Shown here in pieces: positions 60,901-64,000 of a stretch of 64,000 nt of DNA. Position 1 is the stretch's first letter. Each line of letters begins with the position of its first letter. The position numbers and the translations under genes are program-made. The DNA is taken from positions 1 to 64,000 of the forward strand of contig QPMI01000231.1 in the NCBI GenBank assembly GCA_004431415.1. Direction: 5' to 3'. The stretch is from Cyanophora paradoxa CCMP329. Lineage: Eukaryota > Plantae > Glaucophyta. A model generated the notes under the pieces. That model saw only the letters and a list, made by a program, of their open reading frames with translations, ran no database searches and was not told the origin of the DNA.

Positions 60901-63250
60901 GTAGTTGCCCTGCTCCACGTCGAACACGTAGTCCTTCGTGTACGTCATCGGGTCCAGGTTCTCATAGCACTGCCCCCGCCCCGTCAGGCCCGCTGGAGCC
61001 GCCGGGGCGCCCGACGGCCCCGCGCACCAGGCCGAGGACGCGCATGCCCTGCCCGCCCAGGTTCTCGTTGTTCTCGTTGAGCTGCCGCTTGATGTCGGCG
61101 GTCATGGGGATGACGGAGCCGTCCGCCTGCATGAAGCGGTTGCAGCGGTCAATGATGCGCTCCGGGGCGCCCTTCATGACGAGGAAGCGGCGGTCCGCCT
61201 TCGGGTCCTCGTGGATCGACAGCGCGAACTTGTTCTTGCTGTTGAACGCCAGCTCCATGATCTTCGGGTACTCGGCGCGGTGCTGCCGGGGCCCAGCGTT
61301 GGCCGGCGCGGGCGCGCGAGGCGAGGGGCCGGCGCACGTCCTCGATGTTGCGGATGCTCTCACAGAACTTGATCATGGCGGACTCGGTGGCGTCGCCGAA
61401 GGTGAGGCGCTCGAAGATCGGCTTCGTCATGTTCTCCGGGTCCGGGTTGAAGACCGCCTTGGAGCCGAGGCACATGACCTTGTGCACCATCTGGAACGCC
61501 GCGTCGCTCGTGCTGAACTTCTCGATCGACTGGTCGAAGTCGTCCGTCGTGCGCCACTGCTTCAGCCCGTAGAAGAGCTTCACTGCGGCGCGCGTCAGCG
61601 CCCTTGCGCGCCCCTCGCGCGCCGCCCGCACCGACGGTCATGCGGTTCTGCGTCAGGGTCCCCGTCTTGTCTGCGCGTCGCGCTCGACGGGCGCCGGCTC
61701 GGGCGGGGCCGGGGGGCGGCACCGGAGCAGATGGTGGAGGTGGAGCCGAGGGTCTCGACGGCCTCGAGGGACTTGACGAGGACGTTCTTGCTCGCCATCG
61801 TGTGCGCGGCGTGCGTCAGGCACATCGTCACCGTCGCCGGCAGGCCCTCCGGCACGTTCGCCACGATGATGCCGATCGACAGCACGATGATCTCGATCAC
61901 CTTGCCCGAGCCGTACACCTTGAAGCCCACCCCGAAGAAGATGATGCCCAGGGCAAAGGCGACGATGCCGATGATGATCACGAAGTTGTGGATCTCGTGC
62001 GCGATCGGGCTCTTGCGCTTCTCCATGTTCTCGCCGCTCGCCAGCGACGCGATCTTGCCGATCAGCGTGCGGTCGCCCGTGAAGACGACGACGCCCTTGC
62101 ACGTCCCCTCCACGGCCAGCGTCGAGAAGAAGGCCAGGTTCTTCGTCTCGAAGATGTTCGGGTCGGTGCAGTCCTTGCTGCGGCTCTGCGGCTCCGTCTC
62201 CCCCGTCAGCGAGCTGTTGTCCACCTTGAAGTTCGCCGCCTGCCGCCTCCCGTTAGCCCCCGTCGGCGCCCCGGCCGGAGCCCGCTCCGGCCCAGCCCCC
62301 GCACCTCGACGATGCGGATGTCTGCGCGGGGTCGTCAGCGCGGCGGAACGGGGCGGGGACGGCGGCGGGGCGCACCGGCAGGGATCTTCTGCCCGGCGAG
62401 CACCTCGACGATGTCGCCTGGCACGAGCTGCACCGCGTCGACGTCTGCCGGGCCGTCACGCCGGCCCCGCCGGCGCTCCCCTGCCGGTCGCACCCTCCTT
62501 GCGGCCGTCACGGACGACGCGCGCCATCGTCGGGAGCATCTTCGTGAAGTTGTCCATGATCGCCCCGGACTGCTTCTCCTGCGCCCCGCCCGCGCCTCGG
62601 GCCCCGCACCCCGCCCCGCGCCCGCCCCGCGGACCTGGTACCAGGCGAAGGTGCCCGTCGCGAAGATAACGATGATGAGGGCGATGGCCAGGATGATCTG
62701 CGCCGCCCGTCGGTTCCTGCCCGGCGCGCCGCACGGGCCCTCCGATGCGACCGGCGGGGGTAAGTATTGAAGTGGGGCCGGCGCACGTTGTCAGTGGCGT
62801 GGCGGTCAAGGCCGTAGCCGATAAAGCACAGCACGGCGGCGATCCACATGATGATCGCGAACGGCGTCGTCATCTGCATCAGCCACCTGCGCCCCGCTCA
62901 GCCGCCGCCGACCCGCGGCGCGCGACCAACGCACTTGACCCACTGCGCGCCTGGTCAGAGGGACGGGGCTGGGCGGGGCGAGGCGGGGCGGGGCGGGGCG
63001 GGGCGGGCGGGCCTGCGGGGTGACTTTGGCCGGGGTGAGGGCGTTGGGCCCGTACTGCTGGAGGTGTGCCTGGAAGGTGGCCTGCGTGAGGCCGCGCTCG
63101 AGGTCCGTCTCGTAGCGCCGGCACAGCTCCTCCATCGGAATCTGGTGGTCGTCCACCTCCGGCACCGGCGGCTTGTCCTGCCGCCCCGCCCCCGCTCAGC
63201 GCCCCCGCCGCCCCGCGCCCTGTCCCGCCGCGCCCAACCGCATACCTTCT
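53610..63250. repeat. Large inverted duplication (arms ~53610-57988 and ~59035-63250, ~1.05 kb spacer)
   Basis: Exons and introns are almost identical between arms over most of their length. Confidence 0.95.
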
Positions 63251-63904
63251 TTCCCTCTTTCGCCGCCTGCGCCGCTGCCTCTTGCTTCGCGATCTCTGCC
63301 TTCTGCTTCAGCTCTTGCGCCTTCGCGATCTGCGGCGACGTAGACGCTCGGAGGAGGCCCGCAGCGTCGCTTCGGGGCGCCACGCACGAGATCGATCGAC
63401 TTGCGGACGTTTTCGTGGGCCTGCGCCCTCGCTGCCGGGTCCTGCATCTGGACGCTCGCCCGCCGGTCGCCGGCCGCCTTTGCGGCCTGGCAGAGCTTGG
63501 TGACGAGAGGCATGCGCGCAAGGAAAAGGAGAGTTTGCCGCGAACCATTTCGATGCTTTTCCTACCGCCTTGATCGACAGATCGGCGGATCTGCTGCAAC
63601 TGCGCGATTGTGAGAGTCGCGACTCTTCAAACCATGAAGCGCCGCAAACGAGCGCCGCCGCACCTCCACTGACCGCCGAATGGCTCCCACAGCGTTTCCA
63701 GCCGTGTACCTGCGCGTCCGGCGTTCGATTGTGCGGCCTCGGGGCGCTTCAATCGAAAGCTTAGCTCCCGGGCGCGCTCCGCGAAAAAGGCCAGTGGCGA
63801 CCGGGCTCAGTGCCCTAAAGACATGCACGCACTTCGCACCTTTCATCGGGCATGATCGCTAAACCCACTTCTTGCATCTGAATTTGCTTCGTCGGTTCCG
63901 CCAT
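59035..63904 (-). CDS. P-type IIC (Na+/K+-ATPase alpha-like) ATPase, copy B
   Basis: Same motifs on the minus strand; ATG 63904 ([14 protein letters not shown]), ends TYY* at 59035. Confidence 0.96.
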
Positions 63905-64000
63905 TCCGCACGGATAGGCTCGCAAGCTTCAGTGAGCCAAAGCGAGAGGGGCCCCCAGCGTTCGAAGCGATCCCTGCGCTTGAGGGAATTCCGCCGAGCA

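Overview
Left end of a eukaryotic chromosome. A ~7.1 kb (CCCTAA)n telomere is followed within ~155 bp by a dense array of intron-rich genes; introns are mostly ~47-60 nt, GC-AG donors are frequent and micro-exons occur. A plastid-type transit peptide with an N-terminal Phe, flagellar genes (IFT25, a TPH coiled-coil protein) and TTAGGG telomeres suggest a flagellate alga, plausibly a glaucophyte (inference). Genes reconstructed by manual splicing: IWR1/SLC7A6OS, TPH coiled-coil protein, Tubby-like, RIO1, IFT25, SEC61G, ELP2, and two P2C (Na+/K+-type) ATPases in a convergent inverted duplication. Several architectures are unusual: (i) a Piwi-type PAZ domain without MID/PIWI or RNase III; (ii) a plastid-targeted protein with four tandem CP12 AWDxxEEL modules lacking the canonical Cys pairs, each split by an intron at the same site; (iii) a filamin/REJ/GPS surface protein ending in a GPI-like tail; (iv) a chromodomain-RGG-BAH reader. 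Intergenic DNA at 13-30 kb is a mosaic of a dispersed repeat family, a MITE-like element and short copies of neighbouring exons. Most long ORFs in the supplied track are GC-rich or antisense shadows. Exon boundaries were inferred by eye and need RNA-seq confirmation.
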